Source: Hyphomicrobiales bacterium | GTDB lineage: Bacteria > Pseudomonadota > Alphaproteobacteria > Rhizobiales > Xanthobacteraceae | Length of the DNA stretch: 64,000 nucleotides | Assembly: GCA_017305555.1 (NCBI GenBank) | Contig: JAFKKM010000016.1 | Span: 4,090 to 68,089, forward strand | Direction of reading: 5' to 3' | In this document: positions 1 to 11,128 of the stretch, one piece after another | How the letters are laid out: every line of letters starts with the position of its first letter | Numbering within the stretch: position 1 is the first letter of the stretch | Notes under the pieces: model-generated | Seen by the model: the letters and a program-made list of their open reading frames with translations, nothing else | Database searches by the model: none | Told to the model about the DNA's origin: nothing | Made by a program: the position numbers and the translations under genes

Positions 1-312
1 GCCCTGCCGCGCCATCGGTTTGCCATTGATGAAAACGCCTGTCGCACCACCGGCGACGGTGCCGCCGCATCCGGTGCGGTTGCCGATCACGGTTGCGGGC
101 TTTCCGTTGATGAAGACGTTCGGCACGCCCTCGACAATCGAGCCGTCACTGGTGGTGTCGCCAACGCGTGCGGCGGGCTTGCCGTTGACCATCACGTTAT
201 CCGCGCCGCCGGTGATGACGCCGGGCGAGGGGCTCGGCGATTGCGCCACCGCCATGTTCGCCGCCGCGATCAGGGCACCCGCAACCAGCCCGGTCAGGAT
301 AAGCGTTCGCAT
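1..312 (-). CDS. PAAR-motif protein with predicted Sec signal peptide (C-terminus runs off the window)
   Basis: My own translation of the minus strand from ATG at 312..310 gives MRTLILTGLVAGALIAAANMAVAQS-PSPSPGVITGG..VNGKPAARVGD..INGKPATVIGN..INGKPMARQG. It has a hydrophobic N-terminus and three PAAR-like repeats. It is absent from the ORF track because no stop lies inside the window. Confidence 0.6.
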   Translation of the reverse strand, partial: MRTLILTGLVAGALIAAANMAVAQSPSPSPGVITGGADNVMVNGKPAARVGDTTSDGSIVEGVPNVFINGKPATVIGNRTGCGGTVAGGATGVFINGKPMARQG

Positions 313-455
313 TCTCAGCCCCATCTCTTCCGTTCAATCAAACGTCGATCTAACCGGCCAATCGCGGCGAAAATGTTTCGGACGCCATTGGGACAGTTGA
401 GCAAGCTCCGGCTATAACCGCCACACATGACATCGCCGTGCAAAAGGAAACACCC

Positions 456-782
456 ATGATCTACGAAATGCGCGTCTACCGTTGCATCCCGGGCCGGCTG
501 CCGGCGCTGCTCAAGCGCTTCGATACGGTGACGTTGAAGTTGTGGGAGAAGCACGGCATCCGCCAGGCGGGATTTTTCACGACGCTGGTGGGGACATCCA
601 ATCAGGAACTGACCTATTTCCTGGCGTGGGAGTCGATGGCCGAACGCGAGACCAAATGGACCGCCTTCGCCACCGATCCGGCCTGGCTGACGGCGCGCGC
701 CGAGAGCGAGAAGGACGGCCAGATCGTCGACAACATCGTCAATCAGTTCCTGCAACCGACCGCGTTTTCCTCGGTCAAGTAA
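456..782 (+). CDS. NIPSNAP family protein
   Basis: Track ORF 438..782. The internal ATG at 456 gives [38 protein letters not shown]..., a small (~108 aa) NIPSNAP-like alpha/beta-barrel sequence. Confidence 0.75.
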   Translation: MIYEMRVYRCIPGRLPALLKRFDTVTLKLWEKHGIRQAGFFTTLVGTSNQELTYFLAWESMAERETKWTAFATDPAWLTARAESEKDGQIVDNIVNQFLQPTAFSSVK

Positions 783-880
783 GCGGCCTCATAAGCGCAT
801 TTGGCGCAACCCTCGTATCGCCATCCGCCGCTTGTGACGGCGGGGGCCATCCGGCATGGTCGCCGCGAAAGGATTCCAGT

Positions 881-1738
881 TTGAACCCCGTTACGTCCCC
901 CACGCCTTCGTCTGTCGTCGATCTTGGTGCCGCCAAATTCGGCAATGCGTTGCCGCTCGCGGTCATCGCAGGTCCCTGCCAGCTCGAAAGCCGGGCGCAC
1001 GCGCTGGAGACGGCTCACGCGCTCAAGGAGATCGCGGCTCGGCTCGGTATCGGGCTCGTCTACAAGACCTCGTTCGACAAGGCGAACCGCACCAGCGCCA
1101 GCGCGGCGCGCGGCATCGGTCTCAAACAAGCGCTGCCGATCTTCGCGGAGATCCGTTCGTCGCTGGGCTTGCCGGTGCTGACCGACGTGCATGAGCCCGG
1201 CCAATGCGCCGAGGTCGCGCAGGCGGTGGACGTGTTGCAGATCCCGGCGTTCCTGTGCCGGCAGACCGATCTGCTGCTGGCGGCGGCCGCGACCGGCAAG
1301 GTCGTCAACGTCAAGAAGGGCCAGTTCCTCGCGCCGTGGGATATGACCAACGTGGTGGCGAAGATCGTCGGTGGCGGCAATCCCAACGTATTGGTGACCG
1401 AACGTGGCGCGTCGTTCGGCTACAACACGCTGGTGTCGGATATGCGTGCTCTGCCGATCCTGGCGCGCACCACCAAAGCGCCGGTGATTTTCGACGCCAC
1501 CCATTCGGTGCAACAGCCGGGCGGCAAGGGGACGTCGTCCGGCGGCGAGCGCGAATTTGTGCCGGTGCTGGCGAGGGCGGCGGTGGCTGTCGGCGTCGCC
1601 GGCGTTTTCATTGAGACGCATCCCGATCCCGATCATGCGCCGTCGGACGGCCCCAACATGGTGCCGCTGAACGAATTCGAAGGTTTGGTGCGGACGCTGA
1701 TGGCGTTCGACAAGCTTGCCAAGGGCGGGGCGCATTGA
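881..1738 (+). CDS. kdsA: 3-deoxy-8-phosphooctulonate (KDO-8-P) synthase
   Basis: The C-terminal ~285 codons of track ORF 482..1738 read [64 protein letters not shown]. There is no in-frame ATG. TTG at 881 is my best start, so the start is uncertain. Confidence 0.85.
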   Translation: MNPVTSPTPSSVVDLGAAKFGNALPLAVIAGPCQLESRAHALETAHALKEIAARLGIGLVYKTSFDKANRTSASAARGIGLKQALPIFAEIRSSLGLPVLTDVHEPGQCAEVAQAVDVLQIPAFLCRQTDLLLAAAATGKVVNVKKGQFLAPWDMTNVVAKIVGGGNPNVLVTERGASFGYNTLVSDMRALPILARTTKAPVIFDATHSVQQPGGKGTSSGGEREFVPVLARAAVAVGVAGVFIETHPDPDHAPSDGPNMVPLNEFEGLVRTLMAFDKLAKGGAH

Positions 1739-1838
1739 TGCGCGCCTGCTCAGAAGCGTTTTCAAGCGACGTGGCTTCCGGTTCGCGTCAGGACAGCGCG
1801 TCACACAATTTCGACTTCGAGAGGTGGCGTTCGCTCTA

Positions 1839-3017
1839 ATGCCATCCGTGCTTTACTTGATCGCGCTCGCATCGTTCGCGGCCAATCTTTCGGTACGTGC
1901 GATCGACCCGGTGATCCCGCATATCGCCGACGATCTGTCCGTTTCGATCGCGCAAGCCGCCGGTCTGTCGTCGGCCCTGGCCTTCACCTTCGCCATCGTG
2001 CAGCCGATCATCGGCGCGTTCGCCGATCTGATCGGCAAGGCGCGCGTGATGGTGGCGTGCCTGGCGTTGCTCGGCGTCGGCAGCATTCTGGGCAGCTTCG
2101 CCGACACGTATCCGTTGCTGCTGGCGACGCGCATCCTGTGCGGCATCGGCGCCGGTGGCGTATTTCCGGTGACGCTCAGCCTGACCAGCGATCTGGTCCC
2201 GGTCTCGGGGCGGCAGGTCGCGATCAGTCGGGTACTGGCCGGAGCCATGATCGGTAACGTCCTCGGCTCGACGCTCGGCGGCGTGGTCGGCGATCTGTTC
2301 GGCTGGCGCGGCGTGCTGGGATTTCTCGGCGTGATAACGGTGATCGCGTCTGTCGCCGTAGGCGTCGGCTTGAGCAAGACCTCGACCACGATGGCCTCCG
2401 GCAGTTCAAATCTCAAGACGCTCTGGCATGGTTATGAGGTGCTGTTTCACAATCCGCGAACGCGCGTCTGCTACAGCGTGGTGTTCGCCGAAGGGTGTTG
2501 CGTCCTCGGCGTGTTTCCCTTCGTCGCGGCGTTCCTGTTCGATCTCGGCGAGACGCGATTGTCGATTGCCGGCATCGTCATCGCGGGCTTCGCGCTGGGC
2601 GGATTGGTCTACACCGCGAGCGTGACGCGGCTGCTGCCGTGGCTCGGCGTGCGTGGCCTGATGATCGGCGGCGGCGCCTTGATGGCACTGCAACTGGTCG
2701 TGCTCGGTCTTGGTTTGCCGTGGCAGGCGCAGATGGCGAGCTTCGTGGTGATGGGGCTCGGCTTCTACATGCTGCATGGCTGTATGCAGGTGTTCGCCAG
2801 CGAATTGGCGGTCGAGGCACGCGCGACCTCGCTGTCGCTGCACTCGTGTTTCTTCTTCCTGGGGCAGACGGCAGGGCCGATCGCCTACGGCTTCGGCATC
2901 GCGCACATCGGCAAGATGCCGACGCTGATCATTTGCGGGATCATCGTCACGCTGGTCGGCATCATCGGCGCCAAGCTGCTGGTGACCAAAGTGGTCGAGC
3001 AGCGTCCCGCCGCTTAG
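1839..3017 (+). CDS. MFS transporter
   Basis: Track ORF 1716..3017. ATG at 1839 (MPSVLYLIALASF..) is preceded by GAGAGG. About 12 hydrophobic segments are present, with an MFS-like GxxADxxGKAR motif after TM2. Confidence 0.8.
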   Translation: MPSVLYLIALASFAANLSVRAIDPVIPHIADDLSVSIAQAAGLSSALAFTFAIVQPIIGAFADLIGKARVMVACLALLGVGSILGSFADTYPLLLATRILCGIGAGGVFPVTLSLTSDLVPVSGRQVAISRVLAGAMIGNVLGSTLGGVVGDLFGWRGVLGFLGVITVIASVAVGVGLSKTSTTMASGSSNLKTLWHGYEVLFHNPRTRVCYSVVFAEGCCVLGVFPFVAAFLFDLGETRLSIAGIVIAGFALGGLVYTASVTRLLPWLGVRGLMIGGGALMALQLVVLGLGLPWQAQMASFVVMGLGFYMLHGCMQVFASELAVEARATSLSLHSCFFFLGQTAGPIAYGFGIAHIGKMPTLIICGIIVTLVGIIGAKLLVTKVVEQRPAA

Positions 3018-3023
3018 CGAAGT

Positions 3024-3497
3024 TTATCCGCGGCCGCGATAGGACGCGACGCCTTGCTCTGGCAGCCAGACATCCTTCGGCAATTTGCCGGTCTGCCAGA
3101 ACACGTCGATGGGAATGCCGCCGCGCGGATACCAGTAGCCGCCGATCCGCAGGAAGCGCGGCTTGATCGTGGCGACGATCCGCTTGCCGATGGCCACCGT
3201 GCAGTCCTCGTGGAACGCGCCGTGATTGCGGAAACTCGCGAGGTACAGCTTCAGCGACTTCGACTCCACCAGCCACGGGCCCGGCACGTAATCGATCATC
3301 AGGTGCGCGAAGTCCGGCTGTCCGGTGATCGGGCACAGCGAGGTGAATTCCGGTGCGGTGAAGCGCACGACGTAACTCGTGCCCTTCTGCGGGTTGGGCA
3401 CGCGGTCGAGTTGTGCCGCCTCGGGGGAGGTCGGCCATTCGACGGCGCGGCCGAGTTGCAGGCCGGTTTGCTTGGGGGCGCGAGGCGATTTTGACAT
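3024..3497 (-). CDS. queF: NADPH-dependent 7-cyano-7-deazaguanine (preQ0) reductase
   Basis: Track ORF 3024..3602 trimmed to MSKSPRAP. Motifs [22 protein letters not shown] and [20 protein letters not shown] are typical of unimodular QueF. Confidence 0.88.
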   Translation of the reverse strand: MSKSPRAPKQTGLQLGRAVEWPTSPEAAQLDRVPNPQKGTSYVVRFTAPEFTSLCPITGQPDFAHLMIDYVPGPWLVESKSLKLYLASFRNHGAFHEDCTVAIGKRIVATIKPRFLRIGGYWYPRGGIPIDVFWQTGKLPKDVWLPEQGVASYRGRG

Positions 3498-3511
3498 GGC
3501 CGCCTGCGTAG

Positions 3512-4915
<1,404 letters not shown>

Positions 4916-4998
4916 GCCAGCGTCGCTCCAGGCGGGGTTGTCGCTGCTGCGTCAATTTGTTTCTCTGGGCGGTCGCCGTTCGGAAGGAGTGATGCGTG

Positions 4999-6177
4999 AT
5001 GCCGCAGCCGATGTTGTTTTCGCCGCTCGATATCCGCGGCCTGCGTTTGCGCAATCGTGTCGTCGTCGCGCCGATGCATCAGTATTCGGCGGTCGAGGGC
5101 TTCGCCAACGACTGGCACCTCGTCAACGCCGGCAAGTTCGCGCAGGGCGGCGCGGGGCTCGTCATCATGGAATCGACCAAGGTGGCGCGCAACGGCGCGG
5201 GCACCGTGGGCGATGTCGGGTTGTGGGACGATCAGTTCATACCGCCGCTGGCGCGCTGTGCTGCGTTTATCAAGGCGCATGGCGCGCGCGCCGGTATTCA
5301 GCTTGGGCATTCCGGGCGCAAGGCGCGGCTGTCGCGTCCGTGGGAAGGCGGCAAGCCACTGACCGGCGATGAGCCCGGCGTGTTCGATTGGGCCGGATGG
5401 GAATTGGTGGCGCCGAGCGCGGTGCCGCATTCGGAAAGGTCGCCGACGCCGCGTGCGTTGTCGCACAACGAGGTGCGCGATCTCGCGGTGAAGTGGGGCG
5501 AGGCGGCCGCGCGCGCTGATCGGGCTGGTTTCGACGTAGTCGAAATTCACGCCGCGCACGGTTATTTGATCCATCAATTCCTTTCGCCGCTCGCCAATGT
5601 CCGCACCGACGAATATGGCGGCTCCGAACTCAACCGCGCGCGTTTCGCGATTGAGGTCGCCGAATGCGTTCGCGCGGCGTGGCCGGCGGACAAGCCGCTG
5701 TTCATGCGGCTGTCGTGCGAGGACGATGCCGGCTTCGGACCGGAGGAGAGCGTCCGGCTATCGCGGCTTCTGAAAGACAAGGGCGTCGACGTCATCGACT
5801 GTTCGTCGGGCGGGACGCTGGCGCGCTCACCGATGGATGGCGAGCGTTCGAAGAAATACGGCTATCAGGTGCCGTACGCCGAAAAGATTCGCCGCGAGGC
5901 GGATATCAAGACCATGGCGGTCGGGCACATCGTCCATGCCGATCAGGCCGAAGCCATCCTGCAAGGCGGCCGCGCCGACCTGGTCGCGTTGGCTCGTGAG
6001 ATGCTCTACAATCCGAACTGGCCGATGGATGCCGCGCAGAAGCTGGGTATCGATCCGGATTTCAAACTCGTGCCGCCGCCATATTCCTACTGGCTCGACA
6101 AACGTGCAAAATCGGCGTTCGAAGGTCAGCCCTCGACCTGGACCAACGGGCTGGGATCGATTGACACAGCAGGATAG
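4999..6177 (+). CDS. NADH:flavin oxidoreductase, Old Yellow Enzyme family (YqjM/NamA-like)
   Basis: MPQPMLFSPLDIRGLRLRNRVVVAPMHQYS..GLVIMESTKV..EIHAAHGYLIHQFLSPLAN. The GGAAGGAG Shine-Dalgarno lies 9 nt upstream of ATG 4999. Confidence 0.88.
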   Translation: MPQPMLFSPLDIRGLRLRNRVVVAPMHQYSAVEGFANDWHLVNAGKFAQGGAGLVIMESTKVARNGAGTVGDVGLWDDQFIPPLARCAAFIKAHGARAGIQLGHSGRKARLSRPWEGGKPLTGDEPGVFDWAGWELVAPSAVPHSERSPTPRALSHNEVRDLAVKWGEAAARADRAGFDVVEIHAAHGYLIHQFLSPLANVRTDEYGGSELNRARFAIEVAECVRAAWPADKPLFMRLSCEDDAGFGPEESVRLSRLLKDKGVDVIDCSSGGTLARSPMDGERSKKYGYQVPYAEKIRREADIKTMAVGHIVHADQAEAILQGGRADLVALAREMLYNPNWPMDAAQKLGIDPDFKLVPPPYSYWLDKRAKSAFEGQPSTWTNGLGSIDTAG

Positions 6178-6237
6178 GGTGGCGCTCATTGCGACGCGTC
6201 ACGACGCAACCGACAATGACATCACGGGAGACGTAAC

Positions 6238-7380
6238 ATGAGTTCGGACCACACCAAGGGTTTGGAGCTTCGCTCCCTGATCAAGAAAAGCGGCGAACTC
6301 GAAGTCTCGCTGTTGCAAGTCGATGTCCCGGAGCCCGCCGCCGATGAAGTGGTGGTGCGGGTCGAGGCGACGCCGATCAATCCGTCCGATCTCGGTCTGC
6401 TGTTTGGCGCGGCTGATATGTCCAGCGCGAAAGCTTCTGGGACGGCGCAGCAGCCGGTCATCACCGCGCCGGTGCCGGAAGGCGCAATGCGGGCGATGGC
6501 CGGGCGGCTCGATCAGTCGATGCCGGTCGGTAACGAAGGCGCGGGTGTGGTCGTCAAGGCCGGTTCGTCCGATGCCGCCAAGGCACTGCTCGGCAAGACG
6601 GTGGCGATGATCGGTGGCGCGATGTACGCGCAGTATCGCACCATTAAGGCGCGCGACTGCATGGCGTTGCCGGCGGGCGCGACTGCCGCCGATGGCGCGT
6701 CCTGCTTCGTCAATCCGCTGACCTCACTCGGCATGGTCGAGACCATGCGGCGTGAGGGCCACAAAGCGCTGGTCCACACCGCTGCCGCATCCAATCTCGG
6801 TCAGATGCTGAACCGCATCTGCATCAAGGACGGCATCGCGCTGGTCAACATCGTGCGCAGCGCCGAGCAGGCCAATCTCCTGCGTGGTATCGGCGCGAAA
6901 TACATCTGCGACTCCACGTCGCCGACCTTCACGGACGACCTGGCGCAGGCACTGATCGAGACCGGTGCGACGATTGCGTTCGATGCCATCGGCGGCGGTA
7001 AGCTCGCTGGGCAGATCCTGACGGGCATGGAGGTTGCCGCCAACAAGACCGCCAAGGTCTACAGCCGCTACGGCTCGGATGTTTACAAGCAGGTCTACAT
7101 CTATGGCGGGCTCGATACCGGGCCGACCGTCATCAATCGCTCGTTCGGGATGACCTGGGGTGTCGGGGGCTGGCTGTTGTTTCCGTTCCTGCAAAAGATT
7201 GGCCCCGCGGATGGCGCGCGGTTGCGCCAGCGCGTGCTGGACGAACTCAAGACCACTTTCGCCAGCCGTTATACCAGCGTCATCTCCTTGCAGGAGACGC
7301 TGCAACTGGCCAACGTCGCGATCTACAACAAGCGCGCAACCGGCGAGAAATTCCTGATCGATCCGAGCAAGCAGGCGTAA
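6238..7380 (+). CDS. MDR-superfamily NAD(P)-dependent oxidoreductase (quinone-oxidoreductase/enoyl-reductase-like)
   Basis: A 380-aa ORF with VVVRVEATPINPSDL..GNEGAGVV.., a GroES-like plus Rossmann layout typical of zinc-independent MDR enzymes. Confidence 0.75.
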   Translation: MSSDHTKGLELRSLIKKSGELEVSLLQVDVPEPAADEVVVRVEATPINPSDLGLLFGAADMSSAKASGTAQQPVITAPVPEGAMRAMAGRLDQSMPVGNEGAGVVVKAGSSDAAKALLGKTVAMIGGAMYAQYRTIKARDCMALPAGATAADGASCFVNPLTSLGMVETMRREGHKALVHTAAASNLGQMLNRICIKDGIALVNIVRSAEQANLLRGIGAKYICDSTSPTFTDDLAQALIETGATIAFDAIGGGKLAGQILTGMEVAANKTAKVYSRYGSDVYKQVYIYGGLDTGPTVINRSFGMTWGVGGWLLFPFLQKIGPADGARLRQRVLDELKTTFASRYTSVISLQETLQLANVAIYNKRATGEKFLIDPSKQA

Positions 7381-7394
7381 AGCGATTGTGATGA

Positions 7395-7427
7395 CCTACC
7401 GCCGGCATTCCGTTCGCCGGCGGTAGG
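7395..7427 (+). terminator. Hairpin after the MDR oxidoreductase gene
   Basis: CCTACCGCCGGC-(9 nt)-GCCGGCGGTAGG, a perfect 12-bp stem 15 nt after the stop. The downstream T-tract is weak. Confidence 0.45.
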
Positions 7428-7509
7428 GTTATAAAGTTCATGCACTTGCATCTTCTTTGCGGAGCGGCTAGGTGAGGGAACCTGACCCTGATCTAATAAG
7501 GACCATCTC

Positions 7510-8061
7510 ATGACCAGCCGTAGCGTTGCCGTGATCGTCGGCAGTCTCCGCAAGGAATCCTTCTCCCTCAAGCTCGCCAAGTCGCTGGCGGCGCTTGCCC
7601 CCTCGCTGACGTTCGACGTCGTCACGCTCAACGGATTGTCGTTCTACAATCAGGATCTCGAAGCGACACCGCCGGCCGACTGGGTTGCCTTCCGCGATCG
7701 CATCCGCAAGGCGGATGCCGTGCTGTTCATCACCCCCGAGTACAACCGCTCCGTCCCGGGCGTCCTGAAGAACGCTGTCGACGTCGGTTCGCGGCCTTAT
7801 GGTCAGAGCGTATTCGATGGCAAGCCGGGCGGCGTCATCAGCAATTCTCCCGGCGCGCTCGGCGGCTTCGGCGCAAACCACCATTTGCGGCAGTCGCTGA
7901 CCTTCCTCAACATCGCGATCCTCCAGCAGCCCGAAGCTTATGTCGGCGGCATCGGGGATGCCTTTGGCGCGGACGGCGGGCTGGTCAAGGAGTCGCTGCG
8001 CGACTTCCTCAAGCAGTATCTCTCGGCCTTTGAAGGCTGGATCGGCCGAATCGCCAAATAG
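7510..8061 (+). CDS. NADPH-dependent FMN reductase (ChrR/YieF-like)
   Basis: VAVIVGSLRKESFSLKLAK..ADAVLFITPEYNRSVPGVLKNAVD, the signature of the NADPH-dependent FMN reductase family. Confidence 0.85.
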   Translation: MTSRSVAVIVGSLRKESFSLKLAKSLAALAPSLTFDVVTLNGLSFYNQDLEATPPADWVAFRDRIRKADAVLFITPEYNRSVPGVLKNAVDVGSRPYGQSVFDGKPGGVISNSPGALGGFGANHHLRQSLTFLNIAILQQPEAYVGGIGDAFGADGGLVKESLRDFLKQYLSAFEGWIGRIAK

Positions 8062-8121
8062 ATTTGCGACTGAGATGGTTCGGTTAGCAGTCCGTTAACC
8101 GGACCATCGCATCGTCGGCGC

Positions 8122-8442
8122 ATGGTAACGCGCGCAAGACTGAAAGCATTGCTGACCGGAGTGGCCCTCTATGCGATGGCCGCGGCGACGGTCGGCTATT
8201 TCAGCGTCAATGCGTATACCGGCAAATACGGCCTGAATGCGCGCCAGGAGCTCGACCAGGAAATCATCGCGCTGACCTCCGAACTCGCCCGGCTCAAGAA
8301 AGAGCGCGCCGAAGGCGAGAAGCGCGTGTCTCTGCTTCGCGCCGACCGCATGGACCCCGACATGCTCGACGAGCGGGTCCGCTATCAGCTCGAATACGCG
8401 AACCCGCGCGATCTGGTCGTCAAGATCAATCGACCGAATTGA
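8122..8442 (+). CDS. ftsB: septum formation initiator family protein (FtsB/DivIC-like)
   Basis: 106 aa with one N-terminal TM segment followed by a coiled coil (QELDQEIIALTSELARLKKERAEGEK). It holds the conserved position between eno and pdhA. Confidence 0.75.
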   Translation: MVTRARLKALLTGVALYAMAAATVGYFSVNAYTGKYGLNARQELDQEIIALTSELARLKKERAEGEKRVSLLRADRMDPDMLDERVRYQLEYANPRDLVVKINRPN

Positions 8443-8653
8443 AAACGTCGATCTAAAATTAGACCGTCCGGTTATTTGCGGCCATGCGCGATCGTCGGTC
8501 GTGCTGAAATTTCAAAATCAGCGAGATTGCATTTCGAAAATGTCGTTTCGCCGCGCTGCAATATGACTCAACGTGATCGATCGTTGGGCTTGGCTTTCAA
8601 GTGCGTTTGAGGTGGAGTAGAGAGGATCATCGCTTCTCTTATCCGGACACGTT

Positions 8654-9688
8654 ATGGCCGCACCCAAGAAGAATGCATCGCAGGCAACAGGGCAGGAGAC
8701 GAAGAACGGGTCCTCTCGTTCATCCGGTCTGGAATTCACCAAAGAGCAGGAACTTGCGGCGCTGCGCGAGATGCTGCTGATCCGGCGTTTCGAGGAAAAG
8801 GCCGGTCAGCTTTACGGCATGGGCGCAATCGGCGGTTTCTGTCATCTCTACATCGGCCAGGAAGCCATCGTCGTCGGAATGCAAATGGCGCTGAAGTACG
8901 GCGACCAGATCATCACCGGCTACCGCGATCACGGCCATATGCTCGCAACCGGCATGGAAGCAAACGGCGTCATGGCGGAATTGACCGGGCGCCGCGGCGG
9001 CTATTCCAAAGGTAAAGGCGGCTCCATGCACATGTTCAGCAAGGAGAAGCACTTCTACGGCGGCCACGGCATCGTCGGCGCGCAGGTGTCGCTCGGCACG
9101 GGACTCGCATTCGCCAGTCGCTATCGCGGTAACGATAACGTCAGCGTCGCGTACTTCGGTGACGGTGCTGCCAATCAGGGCCAGGTCTACGAAAGCTTCA
9201 ACATGGCGGAGCTGTGGAAGCTCCCGGTGATCTACGTCATCGAGAACAACCGTTACGCCATGGGCACATCGGTTAGCCGCTCCTCGGCGCAGCAGGATTT
9301 CTCCAAGCGCGGCGCATCGTTCAATATTCCCGGCGAGCAGGTCGACGGCATGGACGTGCGTGCAGTGAAGGCCGCCGCCGAGAAAGCAGTGAAGTGGTGC
9401 CGCGAAGGGAACGGCCCCTACATCCTGGAAATGCAGACCTATCGCTATCGCGGTCATTCGATGTCGGACCCGGCGAAGTATCGCACGCGCGAAGAGGTCG
9501 ACAAGGTGCGTCACGACTCCGATCCGATCGAGCAGGTGCGCAACCGGCTTCTCGACGCCAAGGTCAGCGAGCAGGATCTGAAGAAGATCGACGCCGAGGT
9601 GCGCGAGATCGTCAACGCGGCGGCGGACTTTGCCCTGAACGATCCCGAGCCGGATGTGTCCGAGCTTTACACCGACATTTATCGTTGA
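8654..9688 (+). CDS. pdhA: pyruvate dehydrogenase E1 component, alpha subunit
   Basis: [61 protein letters not shown]. Confidence 0.95.
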   Translation: MAAPKKNASQATGQETKNGSSRSSGLEFTKEQELAALREMLLIRRFEEKAGQLYGMGAIGGFCHLYIGQEAIVVGMQMALKYGDQIITGYRDHGHMLATGMEANGVMAELTGRRGGYSKGKGGSMHMFSKEKHFYGGHGIVGAQVSLGTGLAFASRYRGNDNVSVAYFGDGAANQGQVYESFNMAELWKLPVIYVIENNRYAMGTSVSRSSAQQDFSKRGASFNIPGEQVDGMDVRAVKAAAEKAVKWCREGNGPYILEMQTYRYRGHSMSDPAKYRTREEVDKVRHDSDPIEQVRNRLLDAKVSEQDLKKIDAEVREIVNAAADFALNDPEPDVSELYTDIYR

Positions 9689-9719
9689 GCGCGCGGCCCC
9701 TAGAAGTTCTGGAGCGAAT

Positions 9720-11111
9720 ATGCCGATTCAAGTTCTGATGCCCGCGCTGTCGCCGACGATGGAGAAGGGCAATCTCGCCAAGTGGCTCAAGAAAGAGGGC
9801 GAAGCGATCAAGTCGGGCGACGTGATCGCCGAGATCGAGACCGACAAGGCGACGATGGAGGTCGAGGCGACCGACGAGGGGACGCTCGGCAAGATACTGA
9901 TCCCCGAAGGCACCGCCGACGTCGCGGTCAATACGCCGATCGCGACCATTCTCGCTGACGGCGAAAGCGCCGCCGATCTCGACAAAGCTCCAGCTCCGGC
10001 GAAAGCAGAGACAAAGTCTGAAGCTGCACCTGCCGAGTCCAAGCCCGCGCCCGCGCCGGAAAAGCCGGCCGCGCCTCAAGCGCCGGTAGCCAGCGCGCCG
10101 GCCGATCCGGACATTCCGGAAGGCACCGAGATGGTGACCATGACTATTCGCGAAGCATTGCGCGACGCGATGGCCGAAGAGATGCGCCGCGATGAAGATG
10201 TCTTCGTCATGGGCGAGGAGGTCGCGGAGTATCAGGGCGCCTACAAGGTGACGCAGGGTCTGTTGCAGGAGTTCGGCGCGCGCCGCGTGATCGATACGCC
10301 GATCACGGAACACGGCTTCGCCGGCGTCGGCGTCGGCGCGGGCTTCGCGGGCTTGAAGCCGATCGTCGAGTTCATGACTTTCAACTTCGCCATGCAGGCG
10401 ATCGACCAGATTATCAACTCGGCCGCGAAGACGCTCTACATGTCCGGCGGGCAGATGGGCTGCTCCATCGTGTTCCGCGGCCCGAACGGGGCTGCGGCGC
10501 GTGTCGCCGCCCAGCACAGCCAGGACTATACGGCTTGGTATTCACAGGTGCCGGGCCTCAAGGTGGTCGCGCCATACAGCGCTGCCGATTACAAAGGCCT
10601 GCTCAAGGCCGCGATCCGCGATCCCAATCCGGTGATCTTCCTCGAGAACGAAATCCTCTACGGCCATACCGGGGAAGTGCCGAAGCTCGAAGATTTCATC
10701 GTGCCGATCGGCAAGGCGAAGATCGCGCGCGCCGGCCAGCATGTTACGCTGATCTCGTGGGCGAACGGCATGAGCTACGCGCTGAAGGCCGCCGACGAAC
10801 TGGCGAAGGAAGGTATCGAGGCCGAAGTCGTCGATCTGCGAACCATCCGGCCGATGGATACCGAAACTTTCGTCGCGTCGGTGCAGAAGACGGGACGTGC
10901 CGTGGTGGTCGAGGAAGGCTGGCAGCAGTCCGGCGTCGGCGCGGAAGTCGCGGCGCGGCTGATGGAGCAAGCGTTCGATTATCTCGACGCGCCGGTCGCG
11001 CGCGTCTCGGGCAAGGACGTGCCGATGCCTTATGCCGCCAATCTCGAAAAGCTGGCGCTACCGTCGGTGGCGGAAGTGGTCGAGGCGGCGAAGGCCGTTT
11101 GTTATCGCTGA
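9720..11111 (+). CDS. pdhB: pyruvate dehydrogenase E1 component, beta subunit with N-terminal lipoyl domain
   Basis: ATG 9720 gives [35 protein letters not shown] (lipoyl domain). An Ala/Pro linker follows, then the transketolase-like E1-beta body ([27 protein letters not shown]). Confidence 0.95.
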   Translation: MPIQVLMPALSPTMEKGNLAKWLKKEGEAIKSGDVIAEIETDKATMEVEATDEGTLGKILIPEGTADVAVNTPIATILADGESAADLDKAPAPAKAETKSEAAPAESKPAPAPEKPAAPQAPVASAPADPDIPEGTEMVTMTIREALRDAMAEEMRRDEDVFVMGEEVAEYQGAYKVTQGLLQEFGARRVIDTPITEHGFAGVGVGAGFAGLKPIVEFMTFNFAMQAIDQIINSAAKTLYMSGGQMGCSIVFRGPNGAAARVAAQHSQDYTAWYSQVPGLKVVAPYSAADYKGLLKAAIRDPNPVIFLENEILYGHTGEVPKLEDFIVPIGKAKIARAGQHVTLISWANGMSYALKAADELAKEGIEAEVVDLRTIRPMDTETFVASVQKTGRAVVVEEGWQQSGVGAEVAARLMEQAFDYLDAPVARVSGKDVPMPYAANLEKLALPSVAEVVEAAKAVCYR

Positions 11112-11128
11112 GAGAGCAGGGCTGACAC

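Noticed and set aside
1-312. The PAAR gene as evidence for a type VI secretion locus in this window.
   Set aside because: There are no VgrG, Hcp, TssA-M or effector/immunity genes in the 64 kb. The downstream neighbours are NIPSNAP and kdsA. Only the PAAR-like protein itself is reported.
482-1738. N-terminally extended versions of real genes in the ORF track (482..1738 kdsA, 1716..3017 MFS, 3024..3602 queF, 3536..4915 eno, 9654..11111 pdhB, 12394..12966 DUF559, 17253..18188 xthA, 24572..24970 erpA, 24935..26200 dGTPase, 30478..31497 scpA, 32380..32658 tatA, 36033..36887 surE, 40240..41328 DUF815, 48771..49232 DUF35).
   Set aside because: The extensions overlap upstream genes or repeats, are compositionally odd (Arg/Pro-rich), and precede internal starts that reproduce the conserved N-termini of the families. 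I trimmed these to the internal start.
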